Made by a program: the position numbers and the translations under genes. Shown piece after piece: positions 35,651 to 44,983 of a stretch of 50,366 nucleotides of DNA. Where the stretch lies: the NCBI GenBank assembly GCA_003670455.1, contig QWRK01000002.1, positions 1-50,366 on the forward strand. Reading direction: 5' to 3'. Source of the stretch: Candidatus Aquidulcis sp. (GTDB lineage: Bacteria; Chloroflexota; Limnocylindria; Limnocylindrales; Limnocylindraceae). Below the pieces are notes generated by a model. It was not told the origin of the DNA. It ran no database searches and saw nothing but the letters and a program-made list of their open reading frames with translations. Position 1 is the stretch's first letter. Each line of letters begins with the position of its first letter.

Positions 35651-36757
35651 CTAGCCGCGCAGCAGGGCGACGGCGATCTCCCCAGCGAGGCGAGCGTTCG
35701 ACTCCGCAAGCGCCAGGTTGGCGGGAATTGAGCGCGAATCTGTAGCGGCGGCGATTGCCGCCAAAATCTTTGGGGTGGCCTTCGGACCAATGGCACCAGC
35801 CCGCTCAGCCTCAGCAAGCCCCGTTGCAATGGCATCGGCGATCTCTGCTGCAGGAATTTCGGCAGCAGCCGGGATCGGGTTGGCGACGAGCATCCCACCG
35901 CGCCAACCGAGTGCGCTGTTCGCCTTGGCAATCGCGGCAATCTCTGTTGCGCTCTCAACGCGATGGCTCAGTGCGAGGCCACTGCTGCGACTCCAGAAGG
36001 CGGGGAAGTAGTTGGTTTGGTAGCCGATCACGGGAACACTCAGCGTCTCAAGCACCTCAAGGGTTTTCGGCAGATCGAGGAATGCCTTGGCGCCCGCACT
36101 CACCACGATCACCGGATGGCGCGACATCGCACCAAGATCGGATGACACATCGAAGTTCAGTTCAGCGCCGCGGTGGACGCCGCCGATTCCGCCTGTCGCA
36201 AAGACGCCGATTCCCGCGAGTCCAGCAATGGTGACGGTGGCAGACACCGTGGTCACTCCCGTTCGCTTCGCTGCCATTGCAACAGGGAGATCGCGCTCGG
36301 CGAGCTTCTCATCAGCGGCGAGAACGAGCGCCTCATGGTGCGGCTCAATGCCCGCCCAGAGTTCGCCATCGATGACGGCGGTCACAGCAGGTATAGCACC
36401 AGCAGCGCGAATCGCCGCGTTCACGCGATCAAAGCACTCACGGTTGTAGGGGGCGGGGAGGCCCATCTTTGAAGTGATGGTTGATTCCAAAGCGACGACG
36501 GGTTTACCAGAGGCGAGCGCGGCCGCAACCTCGGCTGACTGACGTACGTTCATTTTGGTGTACGTGACTGCCGACATATCTGGGAAGTCTGACGGAATGT
36601 CCATCATTGCGCCGCCAGCATCCCGCTCAGCGGCTAGTGTGTCCCACAAAGCTTCGCCTTCTGGCGTTAATGCCTGGGGGACTTGTTCCTTGGTGAAGCC
36701 GTACAGCACGCCCTTGAGAATCTGGATTGTGTCGTCGCTTGTGAGTTCCTCTGCCAT
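35651..36757 (-). CDS. psuG: pseudouridine-5'-phosphate glycosidase with a 68-aa N-terminal extension
   Basis: From about residue 69: SAEVAAALASGKPVVALESTI..., GAIPAVTAVIDGE, VSATVTIAGLAGI.VFATGGIGGVHRG, SSDL. ATG 36757 has a strong AAGGGGGA Shine-Dalgarno. Sits downstream of a PfkB kinase as in psuK-psuG operons. Confidence 0.88.
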   Translation of the reverse strand: MAEELTSDDTIQILKGVLYGFTKEQVPQALTPEGEALWDTLAAERDAGGAMMDIPSDFPDMSAVTYTKMNVRQSAEVAAALASGKPVVALESTITSKMGLPAPYNRECFDRVNAAIRAAGAIPAVTAVIDGELWAGIEPHHEALVLAADEKLAERDLPVAMAAKRTGVTTVSATVTIAGLAGIGVFATGGIGGVHRGAELNFDVSSDLGAMSRHPVIVVSAGAKAFLDLPKTLEVLETLSVPVIGYQTNYFPAFWSRSSGLALSHRVESATEIAAIAKANSALGWRGGMLVANPIPAAAEIPAAEIADAIATGLAEAERAGAIGPKATPKILAAIAAATDSRSIPANLALAESNARLAGEIAVALLRG

Positions 36758-36802
36758 GTCCTAGTTCCCCCTTACGGCTTCGGTTTCTCGGTTGATAGCC
36801 TC

Positions 36803-37720
36803 TCAAAGCCTTTTGCCACTCGCCTCCCGCTCTTCGCTCTGCGCCGCCTGTCGCTGCAGATGTCCCGCAGCAGCATCGTGGCCTGCGGCTAGTGCATCCT
36901 CCCACGATTTGCCGCGCGCTCGCGCAACCAAGAGACCGCCGGCAAACGCGTCGCCAGCGCCCGTGCTGTCGATGCCCGCTGGGAGTGGATGTGCGGGGAG
37001 CGACGCAATCTGCTCGCCACTCGCCGAGCGCACCTCAGCAATCCCTGCGCCGTGTTTCGCGATGAGGATGGAGCCAGGGAGTGGGCGATCGATAAGGTCG
37101 AGATAGTCACACTCCTCTTCGTTGGCGAACACGAGCGTTGGGGCGAGTTCAGCAAACTGGCGGCGACTCTCTTCAGGTCCCCAGGAACTCAGCGCACCAA
37201 CCGACGAGGCATCAAGCGATGTCGGGATCCCCGCATCGCGGGCGTGGGCGAAGAGGCGACGTGTGGTCTCTCCAAGTGGCTCGCCGAGGAGCGAGTAGGC
37301 GGGTGCATGGAGCCACGATCCGCCAGCCAGGGCAGCTGGGCCCGGGTCACGCAGCGAGAGGGCGGCTGCGCGGTCAGGGAGCATGGTGCGTTCGCCATCG
37401 GGCTCGACCACCACCACGATGCTGGCGCTGCGACCGCCGCGCTGCAGGAGCGGTTCCACCCCAGCACGCAGAAGGGCGGCCTCAAGGGCTTCGGCGGTGG
37501 CGTCTTCACCAACAGCGCCGATGAAGCGCGCGGAGCCCCCAGCGGCTACGGCTGCCACCGCGACGTTGGCAGCGCTCCCGCCGCGCCGTCGCGTGATCTG
37601 GGCGGCGGCGTCGGAGCCTCGCCGCCACGGTGCGTCCAGCCGCACGGCAATCTCGTCGATCAGGTCACCCACACAGACGATCAGTGGGGTCGAGGCGGCT
37701 GGGTTCGCTCGGTCAATCAT
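36803..37720 (-). CDS. PfkB family sugar/nucleoside kinase (probable pseudouridine kinase)
   Basis: GGSAANVAVA and DSTGAGDAFAGGLL motifs. Function inferred from the operon with psuG. Confidence 0.8.
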   Translation of the reverse strand: MIDRANPAASTPLIVCVGDLIDEIAVRLDAPWRRGSDAAAQITRRRGGSAANVAVAAVAAGGSARFIGAVGEDATAEALEAALLRAGVEPLLQRGGRSASIVVVVEPDGERTMLPDRAAALSLRDPGPAALAGGSWLHAPAYSLLGEPLGETTRRLFAHARDAGIPTSLDASSVGALSSWGPEESRRQFAELAPTLVFANEEECDYLDLIDRPLPGSILIAKHGAGIAEVRSASGEQIASLPAHPLPAGIDSTGAGDAFAGGLLVARARGKSWEDALAAGHDAAAGHLQRQAAQSEEREASGKRL

Positions 37721-37754
37721 GCGGGGGAGTGTATCGGCTATTCTCTGGCTCCTT

Positions 37755-37831
37755 GGGCGGTTAGCTCAGTTGGTTAGAGCGCAGCCTTGACATGGCTGAG
37801 GTCACAGGTTCGAGTCCTGTACCGCCCACCA
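37755..37831 (+). tRNA. tRNA-Val (anticodon GAC), CCA encoded
   Basis: Hand-folded. Acceptor GGGCGGT/ACCGCCC, D stem GCTC/GAGC, anticodon stem CAGCC/GGCTG with loop TTGACAT, T arm ACAGG-TTCGAGT-CCTGT, then ACCA. Confidence 0.9.
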
Positions 37832-37862
37832 GAACGTAATGGCGCGGAGAGGGGTCCAAGGG

Positions 37863-39704
37863 ATGGCAGACGAAGCAGCGGCAGCAGAGGTCGTCGAGAT
37901 CGACGAGATCCTCGAAGCGCCCGCGCGCGGCTCCGCCGAAGAGCTCCTTGATGCCGGCGCGAGCGACAACCTCAGCCGAATGCGGCACTCCGCGGCGCAC
38001 GTCATGGCCGAAGCGGTCATGCGCCTCTTCCCTGGCGCAAAGCTCGGCATTGGTCCGGCGATCACCGACGGCTTCTACTACGACTTCTTGCTAGAGCGAG
38101 CCCTCACCCCAGACGATCTGGCCGCGATTGAGGCCGAGATGGCCAAGAGCATTGCCGCGAACCACACGTTCGCGCTCGCCGAGCACACGTTCGACGATGA
38201 GCGTGCAGCACTGGTGCGCGCAGACCAACTCTTCAAGATTGAAATCATGGACGACCTCGCCAAGGCTGCCGCCGCGGAGGGGAAGCCTGCCCCAAACGTT
38301 ACGACGTATCAACACGGCGAATTCCAAGATCTCTGTCGCGGGCCGCATGTGGAGAGCACGGGCAAGATCGGTCCGTTCAAGTTGCTCTCCATTGCGGGGG
38401 CCTACTGGCGCGGCAAGAACGATCGACCGATGCTGCAGCGCATCTATGGCACCGCATGGGAGACGCAGGAGCAGATTGACCAGTACCTCTGGCGTCGCGA
38501 TGAGGCGCGCAAGCGCGACCATCGCAAGCTCGGCGTCGCGCTGGACCTCTTCTCGTTCCACGACGTCTCGCCCGGGAGCGCCTTCTGGCACCCGAAGGGG
38601 CAACGACTCTGGCGCACGCTCGAAGGTGCGATGCGCGAGATGCAAGAGCGACGCGGCTATCAGGAGATCTCGACGCCGATCGTCGTGAGCAAGCACCTCT
38701 GGGAGCAGTCGGGCCATTGGGATCTCTATCGCGACAACATGTTCATCATCGAGTCTGAGGGTGAAGAGTTCAGCCTGAAGCCGATGAACTGCCCAGAGAG
38801 CACCGTGATCTACCGAACGCGTACTCGCAGCTATCGTGATCTGCCACTGCGACTCTCTGAATACGGTCGCCTCCATCGCAACGAACTTTCGGGAACGCTG
38901 AGCGGCCTCACGCGCGTTCGCCACTTCATCCAAGACGATGGCCACATCTATGTTCGCCCTGATCAGATTGAGTCCGAGGTTGCCGCACTCCTAGAAGAGG
39001 TGCGTGAGGTCTATGCCTGGTTCGACCTTCCGGTGGAGTTTGTTTTCTCAACGAAGCCAGCAAAGGCGCTTGGTGACCCTGCGCTTTGGGAGAAGGCCGA
39101 ATCAATGATCGAGAAGGCGCTGCGCGACTCTGGCGCGAAGTGGCGCCTGAATGCCGGCGACGGCGCGTTCTATGCGCCGAAGATCGACATCATCGTTCGC
39201 GATGCGCTCGGACGCGAATGGCAGACCGCCACCGTGCAGGTTGACCTTGTGATGCTTCCGGAGCGATTCGACCTCACCTACACCGACGAGGCAGGGGAGC
39301 GCGTTCGGCCAATTGCCATCCACCGCGCAATCTACGGCTCGCTGGAGCGCTTCATCGGCATCCTGGTGGAACACTACGCTGGCGCCTTCCCGTTCTGGCT
39401 GGCGCCTGAGCAGGTGGTGATCATCCCAATTGCCGACCGCCATCTTGAATTCGTCACGGCGGGAGCCGCCGTACTGCGCGCCGCCGGTATTCGCGTCAGC
39501 ATTGATGACTCCTCAAACCGCATGCAGAACAAGATTCGCTTGGCCCAGGAGCAGAAGGTCCCGCTCATGCTGGTCGTGGGCGATAAGGAGATCGAGGCTG
39601 GCGGTGCCGCGCCCCGTTGGCGCGATGGCACCCAGGAGCCCGCAACCAGCTGGGAGGCCCTCGCCGCCGCCCTCGCGGCACGTGCCGCCGCTCGTACCGC
39701 CTGA
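37863..39704 (+). CDS. thrS: threonyl-tRNA synthetase (short N-terminus, TGS domain largely missing)
   Basis: RHSAAHVMAEA editing HxxxH, RDHRKLG, class-II motifs (FRNE-type HRNELSG, GTLSGLTRVR, QDDGHIY) and an anticodon-binding C-terminus. ATG 37863 follows GGAGAGGGG; ATG 37839 is an alternative. Confidence 0.93.
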   Translation: MADEAAAAEVVEIDEILEAPARGSAEELLDAGASDNLSRMRHSAAHVMAEAVMRLFPGAKLGIGPAITDGFYYDFLLERALTPDDLAAIEAEMAKSIAANHTFALAEHTFDDERAALVRADQLFKIEIMDDLAKAAAAEGKPAPNVTTYQHGEFQDLCRGPHVESTGKIGPFKLLSIAGAYWRGKNDRPMLQRIYGTAWETQEQIDQYLWRRDEARKRDHRKLGVALDLFSFHDVSPGSAFWHPKGQRLWRTLEGAMREMQERRGYQEISTPIVVSKHLWEQSGHWDLYRDNMFIIESEGEEFSLKPMNCPESTVIYRTRTRSYRDLPLRLSEYGRLHRNELSGTLSGLTRVRHFIQDDGHIYVRPDQIESEVAALLEEVREVYAWFDLPVEFVFSTKPAKALGDPALWEKAESMIEKALRDSGAKWRLNAGDGAFYAPKIDIIVRDALGREWQTATVQVDLVMLPERFDLTYTDEAGERVRPIAIHRAIYGSLERFIGILVEHYAGAFPFWLAPEQVVIIPIADRHLEFVTAGAAVLRAAGIRVSIDDSSNRMQNKIRLAQEQKVPLMLVVGDKEIEAGGAAPRWRDGTQEPATSWEALAAALAARAAARTA

Positions 39705-39777
39705 GGGTGCTACGCTCGCTATCCCCGCAAGGACGCAGTCCTCGGGTCCAAGGCTGATGATCGTGAGGGTCTGACCG

Positions 39778-40353
39778 ATTAAGGATCTACGCATCAATAC
39801 CCAGATCCGCGTCCCGCAGGTGCGCGTTCTGGATGAAGAGGGGAACCAGCTCGGTGTCCTCGCTACCCCCGAAGCCCTGCGCCAGGCACAGGAGCGCGGC
39901 CTAGACCTCGTAGAGATCGCCCCAACCTCGGCCCCCCCTGTCTGCAAGTACCTCGACTACGGCAAATTCAAGTACGAGGCCCAGAAGAAGGAGCAGGACG
40001 CTCGAAAGCGCCAGAAGACTGCCGACCTCAAGGAGCTGCGTTGCACCCCCAAGATCGGGGATGCCGACCTACAGACCAAGATCCGCCAGGCCCATAAGTT
40101 CCTCTCCGGGGGCGACCGGGTGAAATTCTCGGTCAAGTTCCGCGGCCGCGAGATGACCCACCCCGAGATTGGCCGGGCCATTTTGGACCGAGTTGTGCAG
40201 GGATTGGCCGATGTGGCCCAGCTCGAGCGACCCTCGCTCCTCGAAGGACGCTTCCTCTCGATCCAACTGGTAGCATTACCCCGACAGAAGGGCCAGACGG
40301 CCCCGGCACCCGGCACCGATGAGCCGGCCGTACCAGCCCTCGAAGGGGAGTAA
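39778..40353 (+). CDS. infC: translation initiation factor IF-3, ATT start codon
   Basis: IKDLRINTQIRVPQVRVLDEEGNQLGV is the conserved IF3 N-terminus and lies upstream of the first GTG (39820). In-frame TGA at 39772-39774, so ATT 39778 is the only plausible start. GAGGG lies 8 nt upstream. Confidence 0.9.
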   Translation: MKDLRINTQIRVPQVRVLDEEGNQLGVLATPEALRQAQERGLDLVEIAPTSAPPVCKYLDYGKFKYEAQKKEQDARKRQKTADLKELRCTPKIGDADLQTKIRQAHKFLSGGDRVKFSVKFRGREMTHPEIGRAILDRVVQGLADVAQLERPSLLEGRFLSIQLVALPRQKGQTAPAPGTDEPAVPALEGE

Positions 40354-40355
40354 CC

Positions 40356-40556
40356 ATGCCAAAGATGAAGACACACAAGGGCGCGCAGAAGCGCATCGGA
40401 TTCACCGGCTCAGGGAAGCCGATCCGCGTGAAGTCGTGGCGTGGCCACCACCTTGAAATCAAGTCGTCCCGACGCATCCGCCGCTACGCGGGGAAGGCCG
40501 TCCTCGGCACCACCCACAAGAATCAGATTTCCCGCCTGCTGCCGTACGGCGGCTGA
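40356..40556 (+). CDS. rpmI: 50S ribosomal protein L35
   Basis: MPKMKTHKGAQKRI..., 66 aa and basic. Confidence 0.95.
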   Translation: MPKMKTHKGAQKRIGFTGSGKPIRVKSWRGHHLEIKSSRRIRRYAGKAVLGTTHKNQISRLLPYGG

Positions 40557-40578
40557 GCGACAGCGAGAGGAGTAGAAG

Positions 40579-40929
40579 ATGGCACGAGTTAAGCGCGGAG
40601 TTGCCGGTCACAAGCGCCATAAGCGCCTGCTTCAGGCTGCTGAGGGGCGACGTGGCTCACGACACAAGCTCATTCGTCCAGCGCGCGAGGCCCTGCTTCA
40701 CGCCCTTGCCTACGCAACGCGAGACCGACAGCAGCGCAAGCGCCAGATGCGTGAGTTGTGGATCCACCGCGTCAATGCGGCGGCGCGACTTAACGGCATC
40801 TCCTATTCGCAGTTCATCGCTGGGCTCAAGCGCAATAACATTGCGATTGACCGCAAGATGTTGGCCGACCTCGCTGTTCGCGATGCCGCGGCATTCACGG
40901 CGGTCGCGGTCGCAGCGAAGCGCGCCTAG
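40579..40929 (+). CDS. rplT: 50S ribosomal protein L20
   Basis: [18 protein letters not shown]...[11 protein letters not shown]-type sequence. Confidence 0.97.
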   Translation: MARVKRGVAGHKRHKRLLQAAEGRRGSRHKLIRPAREALLHALAYATRDRQQRKRQMRELWIHRVNAAARLNGISYSQFIAGLKRNNIAIDRKMLADLAVRDAAAFTAVAVAAKRA

Positions 40930-40947
40930 CCCCTTCGGTCCGCGGTA

Positions 40948-41961
40948 GTGGACCTCGCAGCGCTCGAGAAGCAACTCCGCACACTGCAGGCTGACGCCGC
41001 AACGCGCATCTCTGCCGCCGCATCTACCGCAGAGCTCGATGAGCTTGGCTCGTCGCTCCTCGGGAAGCGGGGCGCAATCACCGAAATCCTCCGTGGGATT
41101 GGCGCCCTTCCGGCCGACGATCGCCCAAAGATCGGCGTCGTTGCCAATGAGGTGCGCGCCGCGATTGATGCATCTGTCACGGCCCGACGCGTCGCGCTCT
41201 CGGCTGGTGAGCTTCTAGAGCGCATTGAGCGGGAGCGCGTCGATGCAACGACACCTGGCCCAGCCCCGCGCATCGGCTCACTGCATCCAATCCCTGAGAC
41301 GATCGCGGCGATCGCCGAGATCATGGCCTCGTTCGGTTTTGTCGTTTCCGAAGGGCAAGAGATTGAGGACGATGTCACGAACTTCCAGTTGCTGAACATT
41401 CCAGAGGATCACCCGTCGCGTGATCTTTGGGACACCCTCTACCTGCAGGAGCCAGGACGACTGCTGCGCACGCACACCTCGCCAGGGCAGATCCGCACGA
41501 TGCAGGCTGGTGGCCCGCCGATTCGCGTCATTCTTCCGGGGCGCTGCTTCCGCTACGAGGCGGTCGATGCGAGCCACGGCTTTGAGTTCCATCAGGTTGA
41601 AGGGTTGCTTGTTGACCGCGGCGCAACGCTCGCTGACCTGAAGGGAATCCTCGACGAGTTGGCGAAGGGTCTCTTCGGTTCTGCTGCGCGCACAAGGTTC
41701 CGCCCAGGGTATTACCCATTTACCGAGCCATCTGTCGCCGTTGACGTCTCGTGGCCAGGCAGCAAAGACGGTTGGATGACCATTCTTGGGGCAGGCATGG
41801 TGCACCCCGTTGTCTTGGAGAATGGCGGCATCGATCCAGAGACCCACCAAGGATTCGCCTTCGGCCTCGGCGTTGAGCGCATTGCGATGTTGCGACACGG
41901 CATCCCTGACCTTCGCGCCTTCCTTGAGAACGACCTGCGCTTCTTGGCGGGATTCCGATGA
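40948..41961 (+). CDS. pheS: phenylalanyl-tRNA synthetase alpha subunit
   Basis: Coiled-coil N-terminus, HPSRDLWDT, LLRTHTSPGQIR, GRCFRYE, FHQVEG, YYPFTEPS, GFAFGLGVERIAM. GTG start. Confidence 0.95.
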   Translation: MDLAALEKQLRTLQADAATRISAAASTAELDELGSSLLGKRGAITEILRGIGALPADDRPKIGVVANEVRAAIDASVTARRVALSAGELLERIERERVDATTPGPAPRIGSLHPIPETIAAIAEIMASFGFVVSEGQEIEDDVTNFQLLNIPEDHPSRDLWDTLYLQEPGRLLRTHTSPGQIRTMQAGGPPIRVILPGRCFRYEAVDASHGFEFHQVEGLLVDRGATLADLKGILDELAKGLFGSAARTRFRPGYYPFTEPSVAVDVSWPGSKDGWMTILGAGMVHPVVLENGGIDPETHQGFAFGLGVERIAMLRHGIPDLRAFLENDLRFLAGFR

Positions 41962-44435
41962 AGATTCCACTCTCCTGGCTTCGCGAGTTCACCGATGTGC
42001 AGCTCACCGCTGAGCAGTTGGCCGACGCGCTCACGTTGCGTGGCCTTGAGGTTCGCGGGGTCGAGCGCTGGGGCGCGAACTGGAACAAGATGGTCGTTGG
42101 CGAGCTACTTGAAGTCGCGCCGCATCCAAAAGCTGATCGCCTTCAGCTGACGAAGGTCCGCATTGGCGATGGCCCAATCCTCAACATTGTCTGCGGCGCT
42201 CGCAATATTGCCGCCGGACAGCGCATCCCTGTGGCGCTTGTTGGCGCCGAGATGCCTGACGGCCGACGCATTGAGCGCGCCGAGAAGATGGGGATCGCCT
42301 CAGAGGGGATGCTCTGCTCTGGCCAAGAGCTTGACGCGACCGACGACGGTGACGGCATCCTCATCCTTGATTCATCAGCACCCCTTGGAACCCCGCTTGT
42401 TGATTACCTGGGCGAGGATGTCATTGATGTCGACGTCAAGCCGAACCGCGGCGATCTCCTCTCAATCTTGGGGCTGGCTCGCGAGGTAGGGGCGATCACC
42501 GGCGCACCGGTGGCCTATGCAGCGCGACCACTCAAAGAGGGGGCTGATGCTGTGGGCGCAGGGCTGGCCCTGCGCGTTGCAGATGAGGCGCTAGCGCCGC
42601 ACGTGGTCCTGCGTGTCGTGGACGGCGTCAAGGTCGCCGCATCGCCAGATCGCGTGCAGATGCGCCTGAAGGCGGCAGGGTTGCGCTCCATCTCAAACGT
42701 TGTTGATGCCACCAACTACATCATGTTGGAGCTCGGCAAGCCAACGCACGCGTTTGACCGCGCGAAGGTTGGCGAAACCGTACAGATTCGCCTCGCCAAG
42801 AAGGGGGAGAGCCTCGAGACGCTCGATCATGAGGTGCGGAGCCTCGATGCGACTGACCTCGTCGTAGCCGACGAACGCGCCGCCCTCGCCCTTGCCGGTG
42901 TGATGGGGGGTGCGAGCAGCGAGGTTTCAACGTCCACCTCGAGCGTCATCATCGAGAGCGCCATCTTTGCCCCAACCTCAGTACGTCGTTCCGCGCAGCG
43001 ACACAGCCTGCGCTCTGAAGCGTCACATCGCTTTGAGCGCGGCCAAGAGCGCCGCCTCGCAACGCTCGGTGCTGACCAGGTTGCTGCACTTCTCACAGAG
43101 TGGGCTGGTGGTGTGGCCCGAGCGGGTCGCCTGGTCGCCGGCGCTGAGGAGGTCCCTGTGACTACGTTGAACTTCCGGCCGTCCCGTGTTCGTGCCCTGC
43201 TTGGCGTCGCACTCAGTGACGACGAACAGGTTGCGCTACTCAGCTCAATCGGCATCAGCGCAGACCCTGCGGCAGTTGCAACGAAGATCGCCGTTACACC
43301 GAAGCGTTCCGTTTCGGCTGAGAAGGGGAGTGCGCGGGCCGTGCGCGTGCCAAGTTGGCGTAGCGATCTCGAGATTGAGGCAGACCTTGCTGAAGAGGTT
43401 GCCCGCCTGTACGGCTACGAGCGCATCCCAACCTCAGTTCCGAGCGCCGATCTTCCACAACATCGGCCAAGCCCAACGTTGCTCCGTGACCGCGTGCGCC
43501 GTCTCCTTGCGGATGCTGGGCTGCACGAGGTTGTCACCCACGCGCTGGTGTCGGCTGCACAGGCTGAGCTCTGGAGTGAACCCGCCTCAATCGTTACCGG
43601 ACCACTGGCTGCATCGGAAGGTTCCGCGGGCGGTGCGTCAATCGTGTTGCAGAATCCGCTTTCCGCGGATCACGATCGGCTTCGTCAGTCCCTCCTGCCG
43701 AGCTTGCTCGATCGTGTGGATGCCAATCTTCGCTACGGCGCAACCTCGGGTGCGATCTTTGAAGTCGGTCGTGGGTACGGCAGCACGAAGGGCGCGCCAT
43801 CAGAGTGGACTCGTCTTGCCGTCGCGGTATGGGGAGATCGCGAGCAGGGTGCGCCGAGCGTGGGTGCGACAGCGTGGAACCTCGACGAACTGAAGCGACT
43901 CGTTGCTCAGGTTGCCCACCTTGTCGGAGAGCGACCAGCATACGGATCGTCGGTTGAATCAGCCGTGCTTCACCCTGGCATCAACGCTGTGATCACGGGG
44001 GATCGAATCGCCGGCCTACTCGGGGAGCTTCATCCAGCGTCGCCGATCTGGCGTGATGAGCCACGCATTCTGCTCGCCGAAGTTGCAATCGCTGGACTTC
44101 GCGCAGGGCGCGTGGAGACCGCTCAGATTTCGCTGCCGCCCGCCACACCTCCGGTAACGCGCGATGTGGCCCTTCTCATCCCCGCAGCAGCAACGGTGGG
44201 CCAGGTGGTTGCGGTCGCACGAAGCGCCGTATCACGGGCGACCAACGTGGAACTGTTTGACCTCTTCGCTGGGACACCGCTCGCTCCAGGGGAGCGTTCA
44301 GCTGGCCTCCGCTTCACCTTCCAACCGAGCGCAACCGGCGCCGATGATGAGGCGATTGCTGCTGAGCTCACCGCCCTTGAGGGCGCGGTGCTCCGTGCCT
44401 GTGGGGCACGCATTCGCGGCGTCGAGGGGCAATGA
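41958..44435 (+). CDS. pheT: phenylalanyl-tRNA synthetase beta subunit
   Basis: MKIPLSWLREF, tRNA-binding OB (HPKADRL..VCGA.N), B3/4, B5 and FDX-ACB domains; 825 aa. Confidence 0.95.
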   Translation: MKIPLSWLREFTDVQLTAEQLADALTLRGLEVRGVERWGANWNKMVVGELLEVAPHPKADRLQLTKVRIGDGPILNIVCGARNIAAGQRIPVALVGAEMPDGRRIERAEKMGIASEGMLCSGQELDATDDGDGILILDSSAPLGTPLVDYLGEDVIDVDVKPNRGDLLSILGLAREVGAITGAPVAYAARPLKEGADAVGAGLALRVADEALAPHVVLRVVDGVKVAASPDRVQMRLKAAGLRSISNVVDATNYIMLELGKPTHAFDRAKVGETVQIRLAKKGESLETLDHEVRSLDATDLVVADERAALALAGVMGGASSEVSTSTSSVIIESAIFAPTSVRRSAQRHSLRSEASHRFERGQERRLATLGADQVAALLTEWAGGVARAGRLVAGAEEVPVTTLNFRPSRVRALLGVALSDDEQVALLSSIGISADPAAVATKIAVTPKRSVSAEKGSARAVRVPSWRSDLEIEADLAEEVARLYGYERIPTSVPSADLPQHRPSPTLLRDRVRRLLADAGLHEVVTHALVSAAQAELWSEPASIVTGPLAASEGSAGGASIVLQNPLSADHDRLRQSLLPSLLDRVDANLRYGATSGAIFEVGRGYGSTKGAPSEWTRLAVAVWGDREQGAPSVGATAWNLDELKRLVAQVAHLVGERPAYGSSVESAVLHPGINAVITGDRIAGLLGELHPASPIWRDEPRILLAEVAIAGLRAGRVETAQISLPPATPPVTRDVALLIPAAATVGQVVAVARSAVSRATNVELFDLFAGTPLAPGERSAGLRFTFQPSATGADDEAIAAELTALEGAVLRACGARIRGVEGQ

Positions 44436-44983
44436 GCGCGACCATCTTGGTCGATCTGGTCGTCGTAGTGCTCCTCGTCCTTGCAGCGTGGAGTGGGGGA
44501 CGTACCGGAGCGGCACGGAGCGCGGTGTCTCTCGTCGCGCTCGCCCTCGGGCTGATCATCAGCGCACAGGGGCAGAGTGCCATCACCGCGTTCATTGCTC
44601 AGATCTTCCCCGACGTGGATACGCGCCTCATCGGGCTCGGCATCTTCATCGGTGGGATTTGGATCCTATTGGCCATCGCCTCCTATCTGATCGGTCGCCT
44701 GCTGCAAGCCTCGTTGCGCGCGATACACCTAGGACCAGTCGACACGGCGCTTGGGGCGCTATTCGGCCTGCTGCAGTGGAGTGTGGCGATTGCCGCCCTC
44801 ATCTTTGTGTTGGATGCCGCGGCCTCGGTGAACTTCCCGTTGCCGTCGCCACTCAGCGAGGTCGCAACCGCGATCACAGCCGCGCAATCGTCCGAAGTGA
44901 TTCGTAGCCTGATCTATCCAATTGCCGGCCAGCTGTTCGGCGGGCTCCTTCCAGAAGGCCTGCGCGCACTCCTCGTTCCGTGA
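44432..44983 (+). CDS. cvpA: CvpA family membrane protein
   Basis: 183 aa, 4 TM helices with DLVVVVLLVLAAWSGGRTG start. Conserved position upstream of mutS2. Confidence 0.75.
   Translation: MSATILVDLVVVVLLVLAAWSGGRTGAARSAVSLVALALGLIISAQGQSAITAFIAQIFPDVDTRLIGLGIFIGGIWILLAIASYLIGRLLQASLRAIHLGPVDTALGALFGLLQWSVAIAALIFVLDAAASVNFPLPSPLSEVATAITAAQSSEVIRSLIYPIAGQLFGGLLPEGLRALLVP

Noticed and set aside
37721-37862. T-box or other riboswitch leaders upstream of the aminoacyl-tRNA synthetase genes (thrS, alaS 5363-5392, pheS 40930-40947, tyrS 49908-49931)
   Set aside because: All four upstream spacers are far too short (18-30 nt, or occupied by tRNA-Val) to hold a roughly 200-nt T-box. No specifier or antiterminator structure is visible.
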